Shown here: positions 1 through 12,190 of the stretch, in pieces | Layout of the letters: each line of letters starts with the position of its first letter | Numbering within the stretch: position 1 is the stretch's first letter | DNA from: Trypethelium eluteriae | Taxonomy: Eukaryota | Direction of reading: 5' to 3' | Assembly: GCA_051942245.1 (NCBI GenBank) | Contig: JAVECL010000093.1 | Span: 1-55,859 of the forward strand | DNA length: 55,859 nucleotides | Notes under the pieces: model-generated | What the model saw: only the letters and a program-made list of their open reading frames with translations | Database searches by the model: none | What the model was told of the DNA's origin: nothing | Position numbers and translations under genes: made by a program

Positions 1-51
1 GGGGGCTTCCCATTCGGGGGAGGGTTTCCAGGCGGCTTTCCGTTTCCTTGA
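1..51 (+). CDS. 3' end of a gene entering from the left; Gly/Phe-rich tail GGFPFGGGFPGGFPFP*, possibly a DnaJ/TPR co-chaperone C-terminus
   Basis: Frame 1 reads GGFPFGGGFPGGFPFP then TGA at 49-51. G/F-rich tails are typical of fungal J-domain proteins, but only 16 codons are visible. Confidence 0.4.
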   Translation, partial: GGFPFGGGFPGGFPFP

Positions 52-1687
52 TTTTGTGGTTCAAGAGAGAGTTCTCCTCCAGAGTGGTCCGCGTCCCAAA
101 TTCCAGAATGGCGGGAGAGGTGGTGTGACATTCTTATCCACGGGAGGTTTTCCAGGCGGGTTTCCGTTTTCTTAAGATCGTTGTCTAAAAGACTTTGCTC
201 ACCCGTCGTCTCGGCGTAAGGGATTAGGATTCAGGAGTCGGTGTCGCCGCGTCGTCATTTTAAGGTTTTGTTGGGAAGCATCGCGAGCATAGGGTTTTAG
301 CATGGGGTTTCGTAAACACTGTACATTAAAGATCTGGGTTGCAGAAGGCCCTGGTCGGTCGGCCGGCCAGTGTATCTTCGCGCACATTAGATCTCGTTTG
401 CAGAAGTTCCAACCAGCGGCTCCATGGCTGCTCAATCCATGTCTCCACGTTTTTCGTGCAAGGGCACGGCCTGCACGCCGCATCATTCTTTGCAGAGATG
501 ATCTAATGTCACCCCTGTTCAAAAATCAAGACAATATCTGAAAGAATCTTGGTTCCGATCGGAAATTAATTCTTGTGTTTCAATGATGGCATCGTGGAGA
601 GGAAGCATTCTCGTCCATCTTTCCGTAGCCTGAATCCGAGGTTCGTTTTAGTAAGTTGAGAGGTGATTGGACTAAGCAACCAATCACCCAATGGTGCAAT
701 ACTTGCAAACGATCTAAGTGCTGCAGAGATCCTTGCTGTGATCCGCGATCCTGATTCCGAGTTAGGCCTTATGTGTAGCTGGATCCTCCAGGGTACGGCC
801 TGATTTCTGCCTCGGGCCTGTCGTACCTAGAGCAAGCAGAGGCTAGACCCTTGGATACCACTACCACGACATAAGTCACACCTTAAGCTGTTGAGTGGGC
901 AAAGGCATGATTATCAATGGGTCCACAAGCAAAGCTTAAGCCCCACCTTGCTTACGTCCCTCAGCGGATATGTCCCTTCAGAGGAAGGTGGCCTAATAAG
1001 GCTTTCACCTCATCACCTCGGCCTGTTCGAATAGTGACCCAGTTGGCTGGCTGATTCCGAAAAGACATGGATGTCAGCAGACGGGACTTCGGACGGGAGT
1101 CCGCGATTGTCTGATCTTGCTCCACGTTCTCCTCTTTTTCTAGATCGGCCCTCGCCGAGATCGAAAGACTCGCTTGGCCTTCAATTGAACAATGCTCTCT
1201 TGAATATGAAGCATTGGGCGAGAATGACCCATCTTATCACCCCATACGGTGATAGGTCGCTCAACTAGATCGGAGAATTTACTAGCGTTGCAGGTTCAGG
1301 CTGTCAGAATAGATACCCCGGTTAATCTCAATGACGACTTGAAGCTCGGGACGGCTCAGCAGGCCAAGACTCCGTGTCCGCAACGAGAACGAACGGGGAA
1401 TATTACAGAGATACAGACGTACCCACGGGCATGAAGACCGTTCTCGTCTATTGACTGATACGTACAAGCATGCTATCTTCCGTCTGATCCCTGAGCTTGT
1501 CGTTGGTGGCACTTTCTTGCCCTTGCTTTTACAAAATTTCAGACCATCTTCAGATACGAAGCTCTATACGTCCTGACTTAAAATAATTCGTTCGGACCTG
1601 GGATACTCATACATTGGCATTCTAATCTCCCATTTCTCATCTCCATAGATTTCCATACCATTATCTCGTCATAGCTTTTTATTCAAG

Positions 1688-2341
1688 ATGTCCGACTCCA
1701 TCAACCCCGAAGACCCCACTTCCGCATCCTCTTCCCAGGCCGACGCTTCCAGACCCTGGTCTGACCCCTCCATCACTCATCAGTGGGACATCACCACCCC
1801 AAAAGAACAGCAATGGTCCGACTTCTACAAAGCCGTCGACACCATGCGAATCGGCCTTCTCGTCACCACCCGGCCCTGCATCGGCCCCGTCGCCCGCTCC
1901 ATGGTGGTCGTGAAGCGCGAAGGGCCCGACCTAATCTTCATTGGCAATGCACACTCTCAGAAATTCCAAGACTTGGTATCCTCGCCAGATTGCTGTGTGA
2001 CGTTCCAGGACTCGACATCGCAGGATTGGGTGTGCGTGAGTGGAGTGGCGAGGACAGCTAACAACAAAGATCCGCGGTTACGGGATCTGTATTCGCCGGG
2101 CATGAAGGCGTGGTTCGGGGATTTAGGTGATGGGGTGCATACGGGGAGCATCGAGGATCCAAGGAGGGCGCTGATTGAGGTCCGCGCGCGGTACATTGTG
2201 TACTGGAGGACGACAATGGTTGGACTGGGGTTCGTGAAGGAGATCTCGCAGGCGGCATCGTCGGGGAAGGTGGCGTCGATAGGGCATTGTCGGCAGTTTT
2301 TAGAAGAAGAGATTGAGCAGGAAAGGGCGAGAGCTGGCTAG
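1688..2341 (+). CDS. BLI-3-like protein (pyridoxamine 5'-phosphate oxidase-like / general stress split-barrel family)
   Basis: Intronless 217-aa ORF with motifs GLLVTTRP..GPVARSM, DLIFIGNAHSQKFQDL and LYSPGMKAWFGDLGDGVHTG..EDPR, recognisable as the Neurospora BLI-3 family. Confidence 0.85.
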   Translation: MSDSINPEDPTSASSSQADASRPWSDPSITHQWDITTPKEQQWSDFYKAVDTMRIGLLVTTRPCIGPVARSMVVVKREGPDLIFIGNAHSQKFQDLVSSPDCCVTFQDSTSQDWVCVSGVARTANNKDPRLRDLYSPGMKAWFGDLGDGVHTGSIEDPRRALIEVRARYIVYWRTTMVGLGFVKEISQAASSGKVASIGHCRQFLEEEIEQERARAG

Positions 2342-2711
2342 CCTGATGAGGTAATTCGGCAGATCTCGTTTTATGTTTTATACCCTGAGTAAGACTCTTC
2401 AACCTTCGAAAAGATGGGGATTAGGGACGGTCGTGCTGGTGTTTGAGGCGTTCAACCGCATAATTTGGGCATAATGCGAGGAAAAAGACGTCTCTAGGAC
2501 GAAGTGGCACCAACGCTGTTTTCAAATATGAGGGCTCGATCCCAGTGTCTGTCCATCAGCATTCACACATACAGTCTAGAGTAAGATACCACTGTACAAA
2601 GCTGGTAACACGAGGTCGTGCGTTAGTAGTGAAGCTTGCAAACCTTCCATCTCTGGCGTTGCCACGAAGACTTACCCCACCACCCCCCACTTCAGACCTC
2701 ATCCTTCAGAC

Positions 2712-3857
2712 ATGGCGACACTAGCGTCGGATAGCGACCAATTTTCAGTCCCCGTTATTGACTTCCATTCCTTCCTAAATGGAACAGACGATCAGAAAAA
2801 ATCCACGGCAGCCCAGATAAAAGATACATTCCAGAACGTAGGCTTCGTGTATCTCATCAATCATGGTGTCCCCGGAAAGAAAGTCGAAGAATGCTTCGAA
2901 TGGGTGCGTAGTAAAGACTCGTACATCTTGATATTCCCTCGTCCGACTCATCTCGTCTTAGAGCAAGAAGTTCTTCAATCTCCCTTCCGAAACGAAGATG
3001 CTCGCACCTCATCCTCCAGGTGCTAGTCACCATCGCGGGTATTCCGGAATAGGCCGGGAAAGAGTCTCTCAAAATGTTTTCGATCGTGATGCAATTGAGG
3101 AATTGCGGAGGGTGCCCGATAACAAAGAGAGCTTCGAAAGCGGGAATGTTGAAGATGGCATCCAGCCTAACATTTGGCTTCCGGAGGACAAGCTGCCAGG
3201 TTTCAGAGGGTACGTCGATATCCCCAGACTGATGGACTTTGGTCTATACTGAAGTCGACAAGTTTCATGGAGGACTTCTTCGTCGAGTGCGCGGCTCTAA
3301 TCCGCCACGTCTTCGGCGCTATAGCCCTAGGGTTTTCTCTGCCCCCCACTTTTTTCCAACCATTCCATTCTCGTGAATTGTACCAGTTGCGCCTGCTACA
3401 CTATCCACCAATCTCCGAGCATGCTCTTTTATCAGGCGAAAAAGGGCGCCTTGATGCTCATAGTGACTTTGGTACATTGACACTTCTCTTCCAAGACGAT
3501 GTTGGAGGACTTGAGGTCGAGCGCCCGAAGGATGCCGGAAAGTTTATGCCAGTGAGACCTATCGAGGGAGCCGTCTTGATTAATATCGCAGATTGCCTGA
3601 TGAGGTGGAGCAACGATAGTCTGAAGAGCACGGTACACAGGGTCGTGGCACCACCCATAATGCCAGAGGATACTAGCGAGCACGGAGAAGGAGACAAGAT
3701 GACAAGTGCACGATATTCGATAGTGTGCTTTGCTGCAGCAAACCCTGACGTTGTGGTAGACGCTTTACCCGGAACATGGGGTGAACAGAAACCAAAGAAG
3801 TATGAGCCCATAACGGCAGGCGAGTACATTTTGAAGCGGATGGAAGCAACGTACTGA
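2712..3857 (+). CDS. 2-oxoglutarate/Fe(II)-dependent dioxygenase (IPNS/DIOX_N family); exons 2712-2903, 2962-3209, 3263-3857
   Basis: VPVIDF...VGFVYLINHGV N-terminus; LRLLHYP; HSD iron motif (AHSDFGTLTLLFQD); STVHRV; RYS 2OG-binding motif. Two GT-AG introns restore the frame. Confidence 0.93.
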
Positions 3858-3921
3858 ATAAATGGCGCGCAGTTGAGCTGTGACTTTGCCAAGGCTTTCA
3901 GTTCTTCAGAGGCTTATACAA

Positions 3922-4944
3922 TCAACTATCTGCTTCACCAAAGTTGTAATGCCCTGTCTCTTTCGCATGTTGAGTTGCTCCTTGTTCCCCATTACCTATC
4001 CAGCCGCAGTCGTTGCATTTGATCGAGAACCCCGCAGTATCCGTATAATAATGCTTTCCTTGTAATAATCTGCATAGGTCTCTTGCCTTTTCGAGTATCG
4101 CGTCGTCGAAGGAGTCGAAGATCTTGACGTCAAAATCCGGAGGCGCATCTGCTCGCGTGTGAGGTGGTGAGCTTGGATTGAGTGCTATTGTGTCGTAGTG
4201 AATGCCTGAATAGACCAAGATACATCTCGTTGGCTTTCCTTCGTTAAACCTGTCTACTCTCAGGTCTTGCACATTAATGCTGCAAATCTCCACCTCAAAA
4301 TGCTGGCTCAAGATGCTGAGCTCGATACCACCGCCCCACGACGACTCCATTTGGATCCATTGACAATAATCATCGGGCTTTTGTTGTAGCATAGCTTCGC
4401 CATAGAGTTCTGGGTTTGCTTGGATACCTTGTGCGACAGCCGATCGAAGTTCGGTCATGCTGTCCAGAGAACCTAGGACAGCAGAGCTGAGCGCGCGGAA
4501 CATACAGCTATTATCATCCGGCATCACTCGCAATACGAGAGTACCATCGCGAGAGGCTAGGGGAAGTTCTGGTGGGTCGCTTTCCACATCAGTCTGTTTC
4601 CGCTGTAGCGGGAGCAGATTGGGAGTCTGTCGTGCAGGATGTGGGTCTGATGTTTCTTGAAAAGATACATGATCTCTAGTCTTGACAGGATTTTCGAGTT
4701 TCGACTGGATCTCCCGTGGCATCACGATCAGTTGCTCCCCATCGAGTTTAATCCCAATGTCGGATAGCTTTGTTCCTGCATCCACCTCTGTAATGTCCAA
4801 GGACCGAGGTGGATAGCCGCATTTGAGGTCAAAATCCGGGACAGCTGTAGCTTCTTGTATGGCGGTCTTCAGGTCTCTAACAGTCTGTGAGGGTTCGAGT
4901 GTGATTGTGCTTACGCCCGAAGGCCCTCTTGCGCGTATTCTCAT
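3922..4944 (-). CDS. OTU1: Ubiquitin thioesterase OTU1/YOD1 (UBX-like, OTU and C2H2 zinc-finger domains)
   Basis: MPDDNSCMFRAL catalytic Cys motif, WGGGIEL, YSGIHYD, C-terminal CNDC...HAKETGH zinc finger. Confidence 0.96.
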   Translation of the reverse strand: MRIRARGPSGVSTITLEPSQTVRDLKTAIQEATAVPDFDLKCGYPPRSLDITEVDAGTKLSDIGIKLDGEQLIVMPREIQSKLENPVKTRDHVSFQETSDPHPARQTPNLLPLQRKQTDVESDPPELPLASRDGTLVLRVMPDDNSCMFRALSSAVLGSLDSMTELRSAVAQGIQANPELYGEAMLQQKPDDYCQWIQMESSWGGGIELSILSQHFEVEICSINVQDLRVDRFNEGKPTRCILVYSGIHYDTIALNPSSPPHTRADAPPDFDVKIFDSFDDAILEKARDLCRLLQGKHYYTDTAGFSIKCNDCGWIGNGEQGATQHAKETGHYNFGEADS

Positions 4945-5982
4945 GCTCGTAGACTTTTCTGCTTGGCGATCAAAAATAATAGCAAGGTGGTCTATTGAAC
5001 ATCTAGAAAGATAAGAAGAAGCAAAAGTGAACCAGAATCACAGAGCGATCCAGTGAACGCTCTGATAACGAACAACAGTAGACTGGGAAGGCCAATTGAA
5101 GCGGCGCTAAGTGAGACACGCCCGGTGTGATCAACTGGATGTGGCGACCAAGAAAATTTGTAGAACGCCCTGGAAGCTGCCCTGTAGTCCTACAATGCTC
5201 TTGACCTTTTGATGAGAATAGCAGCAAAATTTGCCAAGAGCAACCGTGATCACTGACATTGCCCACGGGGTCCAGGACATAGGATGCCACGTGACTTGGT
5301 AGATTACCTAAGGTAAGGTAGTGCTAATATTAGATAAGGTAATCACCCCAAATGGTGCTGTATCCGAACTTCACAACTTCCGTCGCTCCGTCTCAGGCCA
5401 CCTTGCCCAACATCGACTTTCCTAAAATTGTATCTTGGCGTTAGCGGGACTACGTCAGGTGTCAGCGTCACTGTTATCGAGCTCTCCTTTATCTCCATCT
5501 GTCGCTCAGCTTCTTTAGTGCAAACCCGTAGCATACCTTGGCATTTGTTCTGTATTCGCCACAAATGCATACCACAACAGCAACATGGGCAGCACCTCGG
5601 TGACGACGAAACGATTCCGCGCTCGATTATGATTAGCAGTTAGCCCTGACGGTTGATCATGTAGCTTTGTAGCATTTAAGTTTAACTGGGTGCTCCTTGG
5701 TGTACCATGAAACGTTGGATCTTACACGGTCACGATAGGGTTCCCCTACTTTGCTTGCAACATGGATGCGCCTAGCGCTGACCTGTGCCGGTACGAGGCG
5801 CGAGTCATGGCCCTGAGCTTCCGGTGTACCGCGTCGAGATTAAGAATTCCTACATTTTAAAAGCCTTGAACGTGCTCTTCGTTTGGACGAAGACTTGAGC
5901 GAAGGCTCGCGTTGGCTCGAAATCTGTGCTGAGGAACAACCACATCTCGTCCTACTGAGTAACTGACTCAGAAAACACCACA

Positions 5983-7840
5983 ATGGCATCATCCTCATCG
6001 CGAGGTCTACTCATAGTCCCGCAAAATCTTACCAATTCCACTGCGTTTCTAGCAATTGCAGTCGCTGGATTTATTGCTCTGTATTTTCGATTGTTACCCA
6101 AAGCGATACAAGGCATCCCCTACAACGAAGATTCCAAGCGTAGCATCCTCGGTGACATTCCCAAAGTTGCTGCTTACGTGAAGAAATACAGAGATCCATG
6201 GAAATGGATGGCAACACAATGCCAAGCGATGAATTCTGCCATCATCCAAGTCTGGATGAAGCCTGGTGCAGGACCTAATGTAATCTGTGCTGATTTCCGT
6301 GAAGCTCAGGACGTTCTTATTCGACGAACCAAGGAGTTTGAGCGATCTGAATTCTTCGGCGAAATCTTTGACAACACAATAAAGCATGCCACGATATCAA
6401 TGAAGACGGACGACAAGTTCAAAGCCTTGAGGCGGGCACTGGCAGACACGATGTCACCTACATTTATCAACAAGGTGGCTGCCCTTCAAGTTTACGATGC
6501 ATCGGCGGCATTGATAGAGCTCTGGAAAGCCAAGCGAGAACTTGCCAATGGTCGACCTATCCCTTTGGCCCACGATCTTGAGATCACCCTGTTCGATGCA
6601 ATGTGGGCTTCAGTATTTGGCGACCAGCTTCGCTCGGCGGACGTCATGCGGAAGGCATTGCCCGAGAAGCCTGAAGTTAATAGCTTGCAGTCGAATATGG
6701 ATGAACCGATTATATTTCAAGAAGGAGGGCTTGATCCCATCGTCAACGCGGTCGGAGTCATCACGCATTCGGCTGAGGCCGCTATAGCTTCACCCCTACC
6801 CTGGCTCACCCACTGGGTTGTCTGCAAAGTAACGGCTGCGCGAGGAGCATTGAAGTATAAGCACAAAGTCATCACGAAGAGAATTAGTGAATCGAGAGCA
6901 AAGTACGCCGCAAAGTCAGGTGGAGATCTACCTGCGATGAAATCGGTAGTCGACTGCATCCTTCGGCAGGAAGAGAAATCTCTTAAGAAAGGTGACGCAG
7001 GACTTTCAGATGCATTCCTCGAGGACGAACTTCTGGCATTCTTGATTGGCGTAAGTCTTGCATACCAGACTGGAATCTCTTGTCTAATCTCATTTTATTA
7101 GGGCCACGAAACCACGGCTTCCGTCTTCCAATGGGCCGTCAAGTACCTATCCGATAAACCGCAGGTCCAACGAGATCTCCGCAGCGCCCTCGAATCCGGC
7201 CTCAACATTACCCGCACCGAGCCATCTTCCACCGTCTCCCCTACCCCAGAATCCATCCTCGAAACGCCCATTCCCTACCTGGACGCCGTCATCGAGGAAA
7301 TGCTCCGTATGGGCGCCGTCGCGTCAGGTATCTCACGACAAGCTACTGTCGACACGACTTTGCTCGGTTGCCCCATTCCCAAGGGCACGGAGGTCTTCTT
7401 TCCGAATATGGGTCCGGGCTTCAAAGCGCCTGCAATCCAGGTCGATGAAAATAAGAGGAGTGCGTCGAGTCGTGAGAGAAAGGGACAGGTGGCCGAGTGG
7501 GACGCGAGTGACATTGAAGAATTCAAACCGGAGAGATGGTTGAAAGAGGATGAAAAGGGATTGAGGTTCGATATCCATGCGGGGCCGAATATGCCATTTT
7601 CGGCGGGGATTAGGGGTTGTTTCGGTATGTCGCTTCCTTTCATCTCTTGCTGGTGATCATTCGGGACTGATGAGTCTAGGAAAACGTCTTGCGTATGCGG
7701 AGGCGAAACTACTGTTGACCTTGATCATCCTGAACTTCGACCTGAAGCCCGTGCCGGAGGAGCTTGGAAGCTATGATGCGGATGTTAAGTTCACGAGGAC
7801 GCCGCAGCAGTGCTATGTAAGGCTTGGCGAGGTTGCATAA
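5983..7840 (+). CDS. Cytochrome P450 monooxygenase; exons 5983-7050, 7102-7624, 7680-7840
   Basis: N-terminal membrane anchor, I-helix LIG|GHETT across intron 1, EEMLR (ExxR), KPERW, heme motif FSAGIRGCFG|KRLA across intron 2. Confidence 0.95.
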
Positions 7841-8466
7841 GTCAGTGTGGTGTAAGTTGATGGTGGATCGTATATGCCTCGAGTACCTTATATTAAAACC
7901 ATGTCCTTGAAATCGAGGTCAGAGAGCTCGATTGACAGCTTCCACTGGCTTTTGTGTGCATCCTCGTAATCGTGACGTAAGAATAAGAGGGCATTTCCTA
8001 CTTGGCTACGGGGAACCTCCTGGTCGAAGGATGAGAAGCATGAAAACCACGAGGAAATTTGGTGGTTATCTGGAATTATGTAGAGTACCGCCTAGCCCAC
8101 GAAGACCGAACAAGCTTTAGTGTACACTGAGCACTAGAGAGATCATCAAGATCCTAGACACTAGGAATCTTAACTAACGAAACTATCGCTTGGAGAGAAA
8201 AAAAGAAACTATGAAATTCACACAAGCATATGGAATAGAATACACTACTGTACCACCTTACCGTCATGGCGTCACCAACGTCTGGAGCTCGGTAACACGA
8301 CTAGCACTAAAACAGCTAGCGCAATGCAATCGCGGGAGATCGGCCGACCGTCCCATCTCTGCGCGTTCTCACCAGTGTCACTACCGAACCCTTGCGACCG
8401 CGTCTTGGTTCCGAGTCGCATTCTACGATTGCTCTCATCGCGCCGACCACGTTCGAAATCGGGAAG

Positions 8467-11173
8467 ATGGGCTCGCCCGCAGAGCGCGCTGCGAAGAGCG
8501 CGACACCAGTACAATCGACAGAAACCGCTCTGGAAGATGGCGATTCGTCTAGCGTAAGCGAGGAGCAATGGACTACAATGCAAAAGATTCTCGACAACAT
8601 ATACAATTATCGAACAAAAGACGGGGAAGACCCATCCAAAGTTTTCCACCGCAAAGTCAACAAGCGCGTACTCCCAGCCTACTATGAAGTCATCAAGGAG
8701 CCCATGGCTTTGAGCACCATCAAGGCTAAACTCAATGCAAAAGAATACAAGAGCTTCGAAGATTTCGTCCGCGACTTTGCCCTAATACCACACAACGCAC
8801 AGGTCTTCAATAGACCGGATGCAGGGGCATATCAGGATGCGTTGGTCATCAAGGAGGTCCTCGAGTCTGAACTGAAAAAGGCTGTCGACGAAAAGACTGT
8901 TTCTGTCGAGGCTGCCAAAATTCCCTTCCTTGGCGAGATACCACCTCCTGACGATAATCTAGAACAGGAAGAGGAGGAGGAGGAAGAGGAAGAAGAGGAA
9001 GAAGATGAAGATGAGGAGGCTGAGGATTCCGATGAGGGTGGCAAGCGGAAGAGGAAGAGAGGCACTCGCTCCACGGCCGCCATCACCAAACGTGAAACTG
9101 GCACCGAGAAGGAAGACTCCAAGGTGACAGAAGCTGAACTCAGGAAGAGAAGGGGTCGGCCGCCACGGGTAGATACTCCTATGGAAGCTAGGATCAAAAA
9201 TGTCATGAAAGGCTTGCGCAAACCCAAGAACTCTCACGGTCAACTGAAGATCAGTCATTTCGAACGCCTACCTGACAAATCTGCCATGCCAGAGTACTAC
9301 AATGAGATCAAGAACCCCGTTGCGTTTGACGTCCTAAAGAAGAAGCTGAAACGAAAGAAGTATACAACCCTGGAGCAATTCATGAAGGATGTCGATACCA
9401 TGTTCGAAAACGCCAAGTCTTATAATCAGGATGAGAGTCAGATATACAAGGATGCAGTTGAGCTTCAGCAAGAGGCTCACACTCTTATGGACGCCGAGAA
9501 AGCCAAACCTGATTCCGAGTACGCTATGGAGGAAGGTCGGATACCCATACCTGGAGGCATCCTGCACAATGGAGAGCTATGGAAGGTTGGGGACTGGGTG
9601 CATATTCAGAACCCAAACGATTTGACGAAGCCCATCGTAGCTCAGATTTATCGGACTTGGGAAGATGTGGACGGGCAGAAGTGGGTCAATGCATGTTGGT
9701 ATTACAGGCCAGAGCAAACAGTTCATCGCTTCGATAAACATTTCTACGAAAGCGAAGTCGTCAAGACCGGCCAATACCGAGATCACCACATAGACGAAGT
9801 TGTTGATCGATGTTTCGTCATGTTCTTCACGCGCTACAACAAGGGTCGCCCGCGCAATTTTCCGACGGACAAGGAGATTTATGTGTGCGAAGCCCGTTAC
9901 AACGAAGAGAAGTTCAAGTTGAACAAAATTAAGACATGGGCGAGCTGTTTACCGGATGAGGTACGGGACAAAGACTACGAGATGGATCTGTTTGATGCAC
10001 CCAAGAAGATGAAGAAAGTGCCGAGTCCAATTGCGTATCTTTTGAAGGACGATGCGAAAGAGACAGATGACCTACCCAAACCTGAGTGGGGTGCTGAAAA
10101 TGCGCCTCCGAAAATCGGTGCTGTACACAAACGACCAAGAGATCCAAAGGTGAGGAGTAACTTTTTGACTAAGCATGACTCGAATATTCAGGCACCACTA
10201 AGACATTCTATAGGATTCACCTCCTCCAGAGCCCACACCAAGTCCCCCACCTCAACCACCTCCGCCGCCACCCAAGCAACCTTCCAGGCAGCCAAGCAAA
10301 TACTCTACAGAACCGCGATCAGATCCGATGATGCCAGCACCGGCTGCCACGGCTCAGATGACAGCGCCCTCACCCTCTCATTCACAAGGAATACGCACTT
10401 CGTATCCTCCGGCCTATTACGGGCAGTCAGGTTCTCCTGCACCTGCCATGCCAAGAGTGGCAACCCCACAAACCACTTCCTTCCCCCCTCACACTCCATC
10501 GACCAACTTCACATCTACACAACCCGCACCAACTACTAGCTATGCAACTCCTCAAGCCAACCAAAACTACTCACAAGGAGGGCGTGTTCCTCCTTCAGGA
10601 CTCGGATATAAGACGCCCCAACCGATGGAAGTGTACTGCCTTAATGATGCAGCAAATCTCTCCATTCCCCAAGACATCCGCGAGCAGTTCCATCGCGATG
10701 AGAACGGTCGCGTCCTCTTCTTCACCGCCCCACCTCTCGACACTGCTCCGCCCAAAAAGGAAGGCGCCGCACTCGGTCACTCCATCGGCTACCTCGCTGC
10801 TCGAGCTAGGCGACAGGAGGCACTGCGAGAGAAGCGGAAGCGGGAGGCCGAAGCAAACGTTGCCAGTGCGGAGGTAATAAAGAAGGCGAAGTTGGAGAAG
10901 GATACGGCATTCAAGCACCACATTGAGGGCCTAACAAAGAAGGCGGAGGGACTGTTAGAGGCCCAGATTACTGGCGCGACGGAGGATGAGTTTCGAGCAA
11001 TGTATGGGGTTGAGTGGAGGAGTGCGATGGGGAAGCATTTAGAAGGGCTAGACGAGCTGCAGAGGAAAACAGGAGAGAAGAACAAGGCTTTAGAGGAGCA
11101 CGAGAGACTGAGAAAGGATCGCAAGATTATTCCTTTGGTAGGAAAGGGAATCTTGCTTGATGAAGTGGCATGA
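8467..11173 (+). CDS. RSC1: RSC chromatin-remodelling subunit Rsc1/Rsc2 (2 bromodomains, AT-hook, BAH); exons 8467-10149, 10214-11173
   Basis: Two bromodomains (YYEVIKEPMAL; YYNEIKNPV), RRGRPPR AT-hook, BAH domain (WVNACWYYRPEQTVH), C-terminal FHRDENGRVLFFTAPPLD. Intron GTGAGG...TAG. Confidence 0.95.
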
Positions 11174-11449
11174 ATGATGCGAGATTTATCCAATTTAATG
11201 GACGTGCGAAGATATCATTTCAAACACGTTGACGCTGTTCACTTGTTTCATGAGCTCTAGCGGACTCTTGTAGCCTAGCGGTTTTTATAGACAACTAGAT
11301 CAAGCTCATAAGAGAGGCTGCGTAAGAATACTGCAGTGTTGATATGACTGACAGATTGGTCCGTGAATGGCAGTGCCGATCTTGGGCAAACCCTGTTTCG
11401 CGATTTTACATCCACAATAGCTTCAATTTCTACAACCACACAACTACTG

Positions 11450-12190
11450 ATGGGTTCCCAATCAAAATCCAAAAGCCAAAAATCGGAGAAGAGACCTCGC
11501 AAGCGCAAAATACGTAGCACCGGTATGTCGAAGCCTACAGAGTGGCTCGTGACAAGACTGAAAAATTCGCAGTGGAGTTTTCCCCCACAGAAGGTAGCGA
11601 ACCAGAAAAGCCGGACGCGCGCGAGGATGACACCATTTACAAGCCAATGAAGGTACGCATTTTCTTGTAAGCTAATCTGATCACCAAAATTTTTCATATA
11701 TCTCTAAAAAGTTGGGTTTTGATCATGCTGTTTAGCTAACTCAGCTTGATTAGAAGAGTCTTCCAGGAGACGATGAGAATCTAAAGCAGAACAGCGATGC
11801 AGAACATGTCGAGGAGAATACATCGGTACATGAATTCCCAGGCACTGAACATGGGGACATAGAAGAGGTATGACTTTTGCAAAGGCTGTTTTTGGTCCTT
11901 CAGGTATCTCGTCGCTAACTGCCGCCAAGAACAACCCAACCTCCGAGGAAAGCCTGGCCAAAAGGGGCAAATACCTCTCTGATATAGAAGCTGAAGAGGC
12001 CTTCAAAGGGTTCTACTTACGTAAAGTTACGGAGGAGCTTGCCGAGGATCTGGACAAGGCGCGTTCTGCCAGTGATTTTAGCGAACGAAGCTTGCCTATA
12101 CTCATCGAAGCCTTACAGCAAGGCGTCGGGACTTTCACCAAAGAGGAGAGGATCAGAATCGGAAGAGCTAATGCTAGCATCCACGCATGA
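11450..12190 (+). CDS. RSA3: Ribosome assembly protein 3 (Rsa3 domain); probable exons 11450-11522, 11572-11652, 11754-11825, 11930-12190
   Basis: Basic N-terminus KRPRKRKIR; C-terminal FKGFYLRKVTEELAEDLDKARSASDF..SLPILIEALQQG typical of Rsa3. The middle exon structure is inferred and less certain. Confidence 0.8.

Noticed and set aside
199..1512. Short ORFs and hairpin-like pairing (~780-865) as a transposon or helicase relic
   Set aside because: No recognisable domain, LTR or TIR; the QRMMRRAGR resemblance to a helicase motif is too weak.
1688..7840. Secondary-metabolite cluster (2OG oxygenase + P450)
   Set aside because: No PKS, NRPS or terpene core, transporter or pathway regulator nearby, and housekeeping OTU1 lies between the two genes.
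8961..9020. GAR triplet repeat
   Set aside because: Simply encodes the acidic poly-Glu linker of Rsc1.
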